Source: Macrostomum lignano (lineage: Eukaryota). Taken from it: a DNA stretch of 64,000 nucleotides. This document shows, in pieces, positions 27,050 to 42,385 of this stretch. Position numbers and translations under genes: made by a program. The DNA lies in the NCBI GenBank assembly GCA_002269645.1, contig NIVC01001651.1, positions 1 through 64,000 on the forward strand, read 5' to 3'. The notes beneath the pieces were generated by a model. The model did not search any database. It worked only from the letters and a program-made list of their open reading frames with translations, and was not told the DNA's origin. Numbering within the stretch: the first letter of the stretch is position 1; each line of letters starts with the position of its first letter.

Positions 27050-28370
27050 TTGGGATCCGATTGTATCCGATCCTATTCTGGTTTGCCTTGATCCCAATCT
27101 AGTTATGCAATGATCTCAATCTAGTTATGAAAGGATCTCAATTTTGTTATGCAATAATCCCATTTTAGTTACGCCAAATGATCCCAATTACGCTAAGCAA
27201 TGATCTTAGTTCTGTTATGCAATGAACCCAATTAGGCTAAGCAATGATCTCACTTCTGTTATGCCACAAACACAATTTAGCTAAGCAATGATCTCACTTC
27301 TGTTATGCCACAAACACAATTTAGCTATTGGGTTGGGAACCCAATTGGCTATTGGGAACCCAATCCGATCCTATTCTGGTTTGCCTTGATCCCAACTCGT
27401 AGCAGAAAATTTTCATTACCTTACGGACACCCCTCTTACTAATCATAATTCTGGTAAACTATGAATCCAATTTTCCATTCTTCAATGATCCCATTCGTAT
27501 CATGCCATGAGCCCAATTTCATTATGCGATAATTCCAATTCTGGTTTGCTATGATCCCAATTTAGTATGCAAGGATCCCAACTTAGTTATGCCAAATGAT
27601 CCCAATTACGCTAAGCAATGATCTTAGTTCTGTTATGCAATGAACCCAATTAGGCTAAGCAATGATCTCACTTCTGTTATGCCACAAACACAATTTAGCT
27701 AAGCAATGATCTCACTTCTGTTATGCCACAAACACAATTTAGCTAAGCAATGATTTAGGATTGATATATAAGATTCTGTGAATTTAGGATTGGGATCTAA
27801 GAGATTCTATGAATTTAGGATTGGGATCTAAGAGATTCTATGAATTTAGGATTGGGATTTAAGAGATTCTATGAATTTAGGATTGGAATCTAATAGATTC
27901 TGTGAATTTAGCATTGGGATCTAAGAGATTCTGTGAATTTAGGATTGGGATCTAAGAGATTCTAAGAATTTAGCATTGGGATCTAAGAGATTCTATGAAT
28001 TTAGGATTGGGATCTAAGAGATTCTGTGAATTTAGGATTGGGATCTAAGAGATCCCATGAATTTAGGATTGGGATCTAAGAGATTCTATGAATTTAGGAT
28101 TGGGATCTAAGAGATTCTGTGAATTTAGGATTGGGATCTAAGAGATTCTGTGAACCCAATGAACAAGCAATGAACCCAATTTAGCTAAGCAATGCTCTCA
28201 GTTCTGTAATGCCATAAACCCAATTTAACTAAGCAATGATCTCAGTTCTGTTATGCAATGAACCCAATTTCGCTAAGCAATGATCTCAGTTCTGTTATGC
28301 AATGAACACAATTTAGCTAATCATTTTGCTTAGCTAATCACTGATCCCAATTCCATTATGATCCCATCTA
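27050..28370. repeat. Composite satellite inside the Helitron: ~44-bp GCAATGATCTCACTTCTGTTATG... units interrupted by a 31-bp GATCTAAGAGATTCTATGAATTTAGGATTGG block (about 27755-28150)
   Basis: Two interleaved tandem families read directly. Confidence 0.88.
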
Positions 28371-28546
28371 ATTTTAATTTATTAGGTGAATAAAGCAGGA
28401 TTTACCTGATACGTCTCATCGGGCCGTATTATACATATCAGGTTAAACTACTTGTGATGGCTATCGAACTCAGATGCGCTACTGGCAGACAAAAATGTAC
28501 TCAAGCATTACTCACGTTAATTGCATCTTTATTAGTCTTTCAAGTC

Positions 28547-30600
28547 CTACTCGTCCATGAAATCATGTGATGGCCCAGGCTTCTCGGACACATTGGGAGC
28601 CTTAGGGGTTGACATAGCGGGGATCTGCTGACTTCTGTTGATATGATCTCGGGAAAATGTCACCTGTGAAATGAAATTTATATATGAATTTAATCAATTT
28701 TTTATATTCATATTACTCTTGAATGAATGAATAAACCTAATCTTTAGAGATAAGAGGCCTCATTGAACAAGTTAATAATGAATCTAAGCAGTCAATCACT
28801 TATTGCTTCTTTAGTACGTTCTCTGACACCATATTTCTATTTAACCCACACGTAATACTCGTAAAATCAACTTACCTCTTTGTCCCCAAATCGCACTTTA
28901 ATTCTTCGCACCTCATCGAATTGGTCGAACATTCGCTCTGGGTACTGTAATACCATTTCGTCGTCACGGTTAGCATATTTCTCCCGCTGGGAGCTTTGCG
29001 TCACCCGTAGCTCCTCGAAGCACTGTTGGCTAGAAAGCGCATCCTTGTACCACTGGGTAATGTCGGAGACATCAGCAGAGTCTTCTGGCCAATGCTGAAT
29101 TTCCGCTTTCGAACATCCGAGACTGATTGTCTGGGAATATTCCTGGACTTGAGCACCATGAATCGCTAGAACGTCGCCCACAGACCAGTCATTCACTTGG
29201 GCAGTAGAGCTGGCCCAAAATGTGCACGACACGGAGGACCCAGACTGATCAACAAGCGTCACTTTCGCCAGGTTGATAAGTTTTCCGGAAGCTCTCGAAG
29301 TCTCAGTGACTCGTAATGTTCATGGCGCAAAAGCACACGCACAATGGCATTAGGAGGGCGCAAATTAGCCCTGAAATATTGCATCACACTACCATTGGCC
29401 TGGTAAATGACCAGATCCACATCAAAGCAGCGGCTCAACAAAGAGGCAACTTCATCTGAAACATAAATTCCTGCTTGAAAAGAGGAATTCACGATCTCAT
29501 CAGCACTCTCAGGTGCAATGAGGCCATCTGCAATCAGCTGTGGCATGAGTTCTGCAACACGGCAAGACAAGTCCTGCCGCAGGGAGGCTGCGTCAGTTTC
29601 CAGCGGGGTTCCACGCAGCTGATCACACACAGCATAAAAAAAGCAATTGCCATCACCAACAATGGGGATTACCTGCAACTGCTCAAAGGGTACTATAGTT
29701 TCTGTACCTTGCTGCTGGGTGTCCGACCTAAGGGGCAATGGGTGAACGTAAGCACAGCAGCCTTAATTGGCTTTTTAAGACAATTCATTCCTCAAAAATC
29801 GTTATCCGCTTAATTTATACAGAATAAAATAGATACTACAAATTATCCCCTTCAAGGCAATTCAGAAAAAAACAAAAATAAAGACTTGTTATAAAAAGTT
29901 ACTATACAACTCACCTAGAAACCACAGCTCCACGGCAACGAATCCGATCGGCTTCCAGTCGGGCAGCCCACTCTGCCTCAGTCTCAGCCTCTCTGCGCTG
30001 AGCGTCCCGCTGCCGCTGTTCTTCCAGTCGGGCAGCCCACTCTGCCTCAGTCTCAGCATCTCTGCGCTGAGCATTCCGCTGCCGCTGTTCTTCCAGTCGG
30101 GCAGCTCGCTCTGCCTCAGTCTCAGCATGTCTGCGCTGAGCATCCCGCTGCCGCTGTTCTTCCAGTCGGGCATCCCGCTCTGCCTCAGTCTCAGCATGTC
30201 TGCGCTGAGCATCCCGCTGCCGCTGTTCTTCCAGTCGGGCAGCCCACTCTGCCTCAGTCTCAGCCTCTCTGCGCTGAGCGTCCCGCTGCCGCTGTTCTTC
30301 CAGTCGGGCAGCCCACTCTGCCTCAGTCTCAGCATCTCTGCGCTGAGCATTCCGCTGCCGCTGTTCTTCCAGTCGGGCAGCTCGCTCTGCCTCAGTCTCA
30401 GCATGTCTGCGCTGAGCATTCCGCTGCCGCTGTTCTTCCAGTCGGGCATCCCGCTCTGCCTCAGTCTCAGCATGTCTGCGCTGAGCATCCCGCTGCCGCT
30501 GTTCTTCCAGTCGGGCATCCCGCTCTGCCTCGGATTCTGCCTGTCGCCGTCGCTTGGCATCGCGGCTCTTCTTTAAACTGCTGGCGCCGCGTCGAACCAT
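28547..30600 (-). CDS. Helitron-borne spliced gene: STPR repeats + OTU cysteine protease + RPA70-like OB fold; one -1 frame break between OTU and OB
   Basis: Exons 30600-29915 (AG|GTGAGT, phase 2), 29727-28876 (GAG|GTAAGT), 28663-28547 (TAG stop; AATAAA at 28533-28528). About 8.5 x 23-aa AETEAERDARLEEQRQRDAQRRH; GDGNCFFYAV...HEHYESL; TSRASGKLINLAKVTLVDQSG.SVSCTFW...VLAIHGAQVQEY...QWY. Confidence 0.85.
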
Positions 30601-31079
30601 GATTGAGAAATGAGAAGTGAAATGAAATTAGTTCAGAAAGAATGATATGGTTTGAAAGATGAAAGTTTGTGAATTTGGATGTCTGAAGAATCAGATAAGG
30701 TGCCCTTGAGCCAAACTATTACAGGCTATTTATCATCCAGTGGGCTGAATTGGAGCTTATCTTAAGACGCAGGGTAGAAACTGAAAAATCGATAAAGAAG
30801 AAAGGGGTCTAAATCTAAAAAACCTATGATTTGGGGTGTGGGTTCTCCAGGCCCGTGTGTCCAAATTCCGGGGCAGAGGGCTCACAATGTACACTGGTCT
30901 GCGCCAGCCAGTGAAAAAAACTGTGAATGTAATCTATTTATGACTGTCTCGCCAGTGGGGTTGATACAGCTATGTACTTTTGACATAGTGAAATTCTTAT
31001 CAGAGTTACCAGTATCACTGATATCAGTGATATCATCAATATCAGTGATAATCAGTATCACTTTTAACAAAACTGGTTT

Positions 31080-31320
31080 TGCAATGATTCAAACTCTGGT
31101 TTAGCCATGATTCAAACTCTGGTTTAGCCATGAGTCAGACTCTCGTTTAGCCATGATTCAAACTCTGGTTTTGCCATGATTCAAACTTTGGTTTAGCCAT
31201 GACTTAAACTCTGGTTTTAGCCATGATTCAGACTCTGGTTTAGCCATGATTCAGACTCTGGTTTAGCCATGATTCAAACTCTGGTTTAGTCTGATTCAAG
31301 CTCTATTTTTGCAATGATTC
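31080..31320. repeat. 23-bp minisatellite (CATGATTCAAACTCTGGTTTAGC)n in the Helitron 5' region
   Basis: Direct tandem units. Confidence 0.9.
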
Positions 31321-32104
31321 AAAGTCAGATAATATTTTATTTACGAAGTGAATGAAAAAAATAAATTTAAATAATCTTCAATCACTACTGGCTGAAATTT
31401 GACGCAGTGCAGAATCGAACCCTAGCCGAGCCTATAACCAATTCCTAGTGCCTACACATCGGCTATCGGCTAGTCTGTTCGCATCTTTCTTGGCTATCTC
31501 TTTTCAATTGGAGAACATGAATTGTGGCCCTTATAATTCAATTCTTACAGCAAGTCAATTGGAGTAAAAAATTATGACATAATCAATTTCTCAGTCAGCC
31601 AGAATCAGTCTCAATTTAAGTTGGCAATATGGTTACGCAATTTCATTCAAGTTTTGTGTGCATTTGTTCGGCACTGTTTTCAACTTGTTGTGATGCAATC
31701 TTTATCACAATCGGAATTCAGTCAGTCAGTTTTTTCTCTAGCATTCTTACAATGCATTTCAGGTCGAAAGAGCTGCTTGACCTTTGCAAAAAATCATGTT
31801 TTTCGAATATTTAATCCCTTTAACATTGAGCAATTTCTTAGCCAATATGCATGTACCGTCCCGGGAAAATTTCTGATCGAATGGTGCAAGTTTGAAGAAA
31901 ATCGGTTGAGCCGTTCGGGAGAAAATCAATTACAAGCAAGCAACCAATTTTTTCATTTTTGGTATATTAGACTAGCAATCTTCGCCCCCCGATGGGGGAC
32001 ATCTGGATAGAATCTCTGTTTTCTAAAGTAACAAAAAGACAGCCAAAAATCCTTCAAAAAGACAACAGACAAACTGCTCAAATGAAGTGCATTGCAAAAA
32101 GAAA

Positions 32105-32540
32105 TCATCCCAAGACTGCAAGCATCCCCCAGATAGCAAGCATCCCCTAGATAGCAAGCATCCCCAAGATGGCAAGCATCCCCCAGATAGCAAGCATCCC
32201 CCAGATTGCAAGCATCCCCCAGATAGCAAGCATCCCCAAGATAGCAAGCATCCCTCAGATAGCAAGCATCCCCAGATAGCAAGCATCCCCCAGATAGCAA
32301 GCATCCCCCAGATAGCAAGCATCCCCCAGAAAGCAAGCATCCCCCAGATAGCAAGCATCCCCCAGATAGCAAGCATCCCCCAGATAGCAAGCATCCCCCA
32401 GATAGCAAGCATCCCCCAGATAGCAAGCATCCCCCAGATAGCAAGCATCCCCCAGATAGCAAGCATCCCCCAGATAGCAAGCATCCCCCAGATAGCAAGC
32501 ATCCCCAAGATAGATAGCATCCCCAAATAGCAAGCATCCA
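32105..32540. repeat. ~18-bp minisatellite (AGATAGCAAGCATCCCCC)n
   Basis: Direct tandem units; reverse complement of the array at 56742-58190. Confidence 0.95.
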
Positions 32541-32629
32541 CCAGACAATAAGTAGCTAGTGCGACAATTTCCTTAGCATTATAGCGGCTCCTTTAAAATT
32601 CGCTTACTTTTACGTTTGAAATTGTGTAT

Positions 32630-34880
32630 CTTTTTATGTTTAACAGGGTGGCTCTTTTATGTTCTACGCTCGTACATGGTAACTCTTTTATGTTTGATAC
32701 GGTGGCTTTTCAATGTCTGACATAGTGGCTCTTCTATGTTTGACATGGGGGCTCTTCTATGTTTGACATGGGGGCTCTTCTATGTTTGACATGGGGGCTC
32801 TTCTATGTTTGACATGGGGGCTCTTCTATGTTTTACAAAGTGGCTTTTTAATGTTCAAAAAGGTGGCTCTTTTATGTTTGACATGGTGGCTCTTTAATGT
32901 TTGACATGGTGGCTCTTTAATGTTTGACATGGTGGCTCTTTAATGTTAGACAAAGTAGCTCTTTAATGTTTGACATGGTGGCTCTTTAATGTTAGACAAA
33001 GTAGCTCTTTAATGTTTGACATGATGGCTCTTTAATGATAGACATGGTGGCTCTTTAATTTTTGACATGGTGGCTCTTTAATGTTGGACATGGTGGCTCT
33101 TTAATGTTAGACATGGTGGCTCTTTAATGTTCGACATAAAGTCACTTATATGTTTGACATGATGGCTCTTTTATGTTTAACATGGTGGCTCTTTAATGTT
33201 TGACATGGTAGCTCTTTTATGTTCGACATGGTGGCTCTTTAATGTTCGACATGGTGGCTCTTTTATGTTCGACATGGTGTCGCTTCAATGTTTGACATGG
33301 AGTTACGTATATGTTTTACATGGTGGCTCTTTTATGTTCGACGTGGTGGCTCTTTAATGTTTGACATGGGGTCTCTTCAATGTTTGACATGGAGTTACGT
33401 ATATGTTTGACATGGTGGCTCTTTAATGTTTTACATGGTGGCACTTTCATGTTTGACCTGGTGGCTCTTAAATGTTTGACATGGTGGCTCTGTAATGTTT
33501 GACATGGTGTCTCTTTAACGTTTGACATAGAGTCATGTATATGTTTGACATGGTGGCTCTTAAATGTTTGACATGGTGGCTCTTTAATATTTGACATGGT
33601 GGCCCTTTTATGTTCGACATGGTGGCTCTTTAATGTTTGACATGGAGTCATATATATGTTTGACCTGGTGGCTCTTGTATTTTTAACACGTTGGCTCTTT
33701 AATGTTCGACATGGTGGCTCTTAAATGTCTAACATGGAGTCACGTATATGTTTGACATGGAGTCATGTATATGTCTGGTATGGTAGCTCTTTAATGTTTT
33801 ACATGGAGTCACCTATATGTTTCACATGGTGGCTATTTTATGTTTGACATGGTGCTTCTTAAATGTTCGACATGGTGGCTCTTTAATGTTTTACATGGTG
33901 GCACTTTCATGTTTGACCTGGTGGCTCTTTAATGTTTGACATGGTGGCTCTTTAATATTTGACATGGTGGCCCTTTTATGTTCGACATGGTGGCTCTTTA
34001 ATGTTTGACATGGAGTCATGTATATGTTTGACCTGGTGGCTCTTTAATGTTTGACATGGTGGCTCTTTAATGTTTTACATGGTGGCACTTTCATGTTTGA
34101 CCTGGTGGCTCTTTAATGTTTGACATGGTGGCTCTTTAATATTTGACATGGTGGCCCTTTTATGTTCGACATGGTGGCTCTTTAATGTTTGACATGGAGT
34201 CATGTATATGTTTGACCTGGTGGCACTTTCATGTTTGACCTGGTGGCTCTTTAATGTTTGACATGGTGGCTTTTTAATATTTGACATGGTGGCACTTTCA
34301 TGTTTGACCTGGTGGGTCTTTAATGTTTGACATGGTACCTCTTTTATGTTCGACATGGTGGCTCTTTAATGTTTTACATGGTGGCTCTTTAATGTTTGAC
34401 ATGGTGGCTCTTTAATGTTTGATAAGGTGGCTCTTTAATGTTTGACATTGTGGCTCTTTAATATTTGACAAGGTGGCTCTTTAATGTTTAAAATGGTGGC
34501 TCTTTAATTTTCGAAATGGTGGCTGTTTTATGTTTGACATGGTGGCTCTTTAATGTTCGACATGGTGGCTCTTTAATGTTCTTAATGGTGTCTGTTTTAT
34601 GTTTGACCTGGCGGCTCTTTAATGTTTGACATGGTAACTCTTTTAGGTTTGAAATGGTGTCTCTTTAATGTTTGCCATTGTGGCTCTTTAATGTTTGACA
34701 TGGTGGCTTTTTAATGTTCGACATGGTGGCTCTTTTAGGTTTGAAATGGTAACTCTTGTATGTTTGATATGGTGGCTCTTTTATGTTCGACATGGTGGCT
34801 CTTTAATGTTTGACATTGTGGCTCTTTAATGTTTGAAATGGTGGCTCTTTAATGTTTCGACATGGTGGCTCTTTAATGTT
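32630..34880. repeat. 23-bp minisatellite (CATGGTGGCTCTTTAATGTTTGA)n
   Basis: About 2.2 kb of degenerate tandem units. Confidence 0.95.
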
Positions 34881-35681
34881 GAGAATTTTGTGTTTTTTAA
34901 CGTGTTTTAATAAAAAAAACATTTTTCACCACTAAGATTCGAACCAAGGTCGCTACATTAGCATTCCAGTCTGTTTGCATCCGGCTATCTCTTTTCAATT
35001 GGAGAACATGACTTGTGGCCCTTATAATTCAATACTTATAGCAAGTCGGTAAGAGTAAAAAGTTATGACATAATCAATTTCTCAGTCAGCCAGTATCAGT
35101 CTCAATTCAAGTTAGCAATATGGTTACGCAATTTCAATGAAGTCTTGTGTGCGTTTCTGTGGCACTGTTTTCACCTTGTTGTGATGCAATCTTTATCACA
35201 ATCGTAATTCAGCCAGTCAGTTTTTTCTCTAGCATTCTTACAATGCATTTCAAGTCAAAAATTTGGCTTGACCTTTGCAAAAAAGCATGTTTTTCGAATA
35301 TTTAATCCCTTTAACATTGAGCAATTTCTTAGCCAAGATACATGTACCGTCCCAGGAACATTTCTGATCGAATGGTGCAAGTTTGAAGAAAATCGGTTGA
35401 GCCATTTTTTCTGAAATCTATCGCATAGCTAGTTAGTTACAGACATTTCATTTTTAGTATATAGGATTTTTTCTACAATGCGCTTTGCTTCTTCACGGGC
35501 TATTGTTTGCTGGTTATTGCGCGTTCATTTACACCAACACTGTACTCCAAATTATCTTTTATCTTTTATCTTTTATCAATCCGCAGTTCAAAGATAATTT
35601 ATACACAAGAGGGGCCACTCATTAACCACTTTTGTGGCCGTAAAAGCAAATGTAAAAAAATTTGCATCTCGCGACAGCGCA

Positions 35682-35810
35682 AAAATCAACTACTGAACTC
35701 AATTTCATCAGTAGTCTATGGAATTCATGAGAATTTCTGGTAAATTCTAAAAAAATAGCGTCTATGTGCCTAAGCTACTGAACTCAAATTTATAAGCAAC
35801 CCATGTCGGC
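35682..35810 (+). repeat. Dispersed repeat, copy 1 (homologous to 62804-62973)
   Basis: Shared AAAATCAACTACTGAACTCAATTTC...AATAGCGTCTATGT.CCTAAGCTACTGAACTCAAA...AAGCAACCC.TGTCGGC. Confidence 0.8.
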
Positions 35811-36289
35811 TTTTTCGCACAAGTGCCGAAAAACAGCGGTCGCGCTTTCCCTATTATCTGTACAGACAGACAGACAGATGCCGAAAATGAAAGCCAGTTT
35901 GCCGAAATTTAATGCAGTTTTATCGAAATAGAACGCAAAAAGGTGTACCACGGGTTGTTGCATAAGTTTTCAGACTGTGTTTAAGCTCTTGTGAACAACA
36001 GGAATGTCGAAAGGAGTTGAAATTTTAGCCAGTTCACGAGGCAGCATTGTTTTGTTGAGTCTAAGGATTTATTTTATTATAGAATATATGGATAGAAAAA
36101 ATTATTGGATAGTAAGTTGCACATGACTTTGAAATGATTAGAATAAATAGCGAGAGCAGTTTCAAGGACCTAAAACAGCAAACAATAACCATGTGAATAA
36201 GTAAAACATAAAAGTACTTTTCAAAACTTGACGTTTGAAAACAGTGCAGCTGGCTAACAAAGAACAAACCTCAAATCCTCAAACTTCAT

Positions 36290-36615
36290 ATCCCTAAACA
36301 TCACATTCCCAAACATGACATCCCCAAACATGACATCCCCAAACATCACATTCCCAAACATCACATTCCCAAGCATCACATTCCCAAGCAACACATCCCA
36401 AACATCACATTCCCAAAAAATAAATTCCCAAACATCACATTCCCAAACATCAGATTTCCAAGCATCACATTCCCAAACATCACATTCCCAAACATCACAT
36501 TCCCAAGCATCACATTCCCAAACATCACATTCCCAAGCATCACATTTTCAAATATCACATTCCCGAACATTACACCCCAAATATCGCTTGCCCAAGTTTC
36601 ACATCCCCAAAATGG
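36290..36615. repeat. 15-bp array (CCCAAACATCACATT)n
   Basis: Direct tandem units. Confidence 0.9.
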
Positions 36616-37454
36616 GGTTTGTGAATTCACACAACTTTTTGTGACATTGAAAGAAATAGATAAATTCAAAGTTAATTACGACGAAAAAAATATTAAATAT
36701 AATCGTGAGTAGCATGAGATAATCTGGCTTACAAAATCTTAAAAGGCAACAAAGATAAATACGAGAGTAGAGCATTAAAACAATACCAATATACTGTTGA
36801 CAATATATCAACAATATATCAACAATATATCAACAATATATCAGTTGAATGATTATATCACAATCGTAATCTTGCTAAAAAAACTGACGACACAGTCTAG
36901 GGAACGCCGGGGGCATGAAAGTGACATATCCTCAAAAATGGGTGGGCGGATGGATTCCAAGAAATATGCTTGAAAACCTTCACAAACTTCACCTGGGTCT
37001 GCCTGGGTAACCCAAATTTTTGGGTGAATGCCACCCTCCATGCCTCCCATGTTCCCCTGAAAGGGTGCCAAGGGTAAGATTACGTATAGACAGGGGCATG
37101 CATACATACGAGCATACAGTGACATTAGTCACTCGAATTTGAGGTTGCCATCATGGAGAGGGAGTCATGACATTAAGACATGTTTAAATAGAGTGAAAAC
37201 AGTTTATTTAAATAAAAAAGTAGGACCAATTTGAGCTAGAATTTACATTCCATAGCGAACAAACAAGCAATAAAATAATTTAGAAAAATATGCAAAGTTT
37301 CAGCTTCAGTGACCAAGTATGCAAACAGTGAAAACCGGATCAATTTGTTAAATAGAGCAAAAATGTCTAGTGAATGTGTTTAAAAATTGTGTTTAAATAA
37401 ATTTATTTACAAGAACTGGTTGAGAACTTTGTAATAGAGAAGCAAAATCCTAGG

Positions 37455-38817
37455 CTGCTCCAGTTGCAGACTGTGGAGGTCGCAGCTCCTACCCAGCATT
37501 CCGTAGATGCTACCCTGTCCCAGTGCTGAGACTGTGGAGGTCCCCAGTTCTTACCCAGCATTCCGCAGATGCTACCCTGTCCCAGTGCTGAGACTGTGGA
37601 GGTCCCCAGTTCTTACCCAGCATTCCGCAGATGCTACCCTGTCCCAGTCCTGAGACTGTGGAGGTCCCCAGTTCTTACCCAGCATTCCGCAGATGCTACC
37701 CTGTCCCAGTGCTGAGACTGTGGAGGTCGCAGCTCCTACCCAGCATTCCGCAGATGCTACCCTGTGCCAGTGCTGAGACTGTGGAGGTCCCAGTTCTTAC
37801 CCAGCATTCCGCAGATGCTACCCTGTGCCAGTGCTGAGACTGTGGAGGTCCCCAGTTCTTACCCAGCATTCCGTAGATGCTACCCTGTGCCAGTGCTGAG
37901 ACTGTGGAGGTCCCCAGTTCTTACCCAGCATTCCGCAGATGCTACCCTGTGCCAGTGCTGAGACTGTGGAGGTCCCCAGTTCTTACCCAGCATTCTGTAG
38001 ATGCTACCCTGTGCCAGTGCTGAGACTGTGGAGGTCCCAGTTCTTACCCAGCATTCCGTAGATGCTACCCTGTGCCAGTGCTGAGACTGTGGAGGTCCCC
38101 AGTTCTTACCCAGCATTCCGCAGATGCTACCCTGTCCCAGTGCTGAGACTGTGGAGGTCCCCAGTTCTTACCCAGCATTCCGTAGATGCTACCCTGTCCC
38201 AGTGCTGAGACTGTGGAGGTCCCCAGTTCTTACCCAGCATTCCGTAGATGCTACCCTGTCCCAGTGCTGAGACTGTGGAGGTCCCCAGTTCTTACCCAGC
38301 ATTCTGTAGATGCTACCCTGTGCCAGTGCTGAGACTGTGGAGGTCCCAGTTCTTACCCAGCATTCCGTAGATGCTACCCTGTGCCAGTGCTGAGACTGTG
38401 GAGGTCCCCAGTTCTTACCCAGCATTCCGCAGATGCTACCCTGTCCCAGTGCTGAGACTGTGGAGGTCCCCAGTTCTTACCCAGCATTCCGTAGATGCTA
38501 CCCTGTCCCAGTGCTGAGACTGTGGAGGTCCCAGTTCTTACCCAGCATTCCGCAGATGCTACCCTGTCCCAGTGCTGAGACTGTGGAGGTCCCCAGTTCT
38601 TACCCAGCATTCCGTAGATGTCCCATCTACCCTGTCCCAGTGCTGAGACTGTGGAGGTCCCCAGTTCTTACCCAGCATTCCGTAGATGTCCCATCTACCC
38701 TGTCCCAGTGCTGAGACTGTGGAGGTCCCCAGTTCTTACCCAGCATTCCGTAGATGTCCCATCTACCCTGTCCCAGTGCTGAGACTGTGGAGGTCCCCAG
38801 TTCTTACCCAGCATTCC
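37455..38817. repeat. ~62-bp minisatellite (CCCAGCATTCCGCAGATGCTACCCTGTCCCAGTGCTGAGACTGTGGAGGTCCCCAGTTCTTA)n
   Basis: About 22 tandem units just downstream of the Gly-rich gene stop. Confidence 0.95.
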
Positions 38818-38869
38818 TATAGCCTGCCTGTCTCAGCTCACCTTGCTTGTAAATTCAATGCTAGACGCT

Positions 38870-42385
<3,516 letters not shown>

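Larger units (their letters stand above)
25383..31971 (-). mobile_element. Helitron (about 6.6 kb, internally rearranged) carrying the STPR-OTU-RPA gene
   Basis: Minus-strand 5' end TCTAATATACCAAAAATG at 31971; 3' end is a GC-rich hairpin (25413-25397) followed by CTAG|T at 25386-25383. Cargo domains (STPR, OTU, RPA) are known Helitron-associated domains. Confidence 0.8.
31972..35466 (-). mobile_element. Non-autonomous Helitron (about 3.5 kb), mostly minisatellite
   Basis: 5' A|TCCTATATACTAAAAATG at 35466; about 480-bp 5' segment (34980-35460) highly similar to 31490-31960; 3' hairpin (31998-31985) then GAAGATTGCTAG ending at 31972. Confidence 0.82.

Noticed and set aside
32630-38817. CRISPR-like regular arrays (23-bp and 62-bp units)
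   Set aside because: No unique spacers, eukaryotic context, no cas genes.
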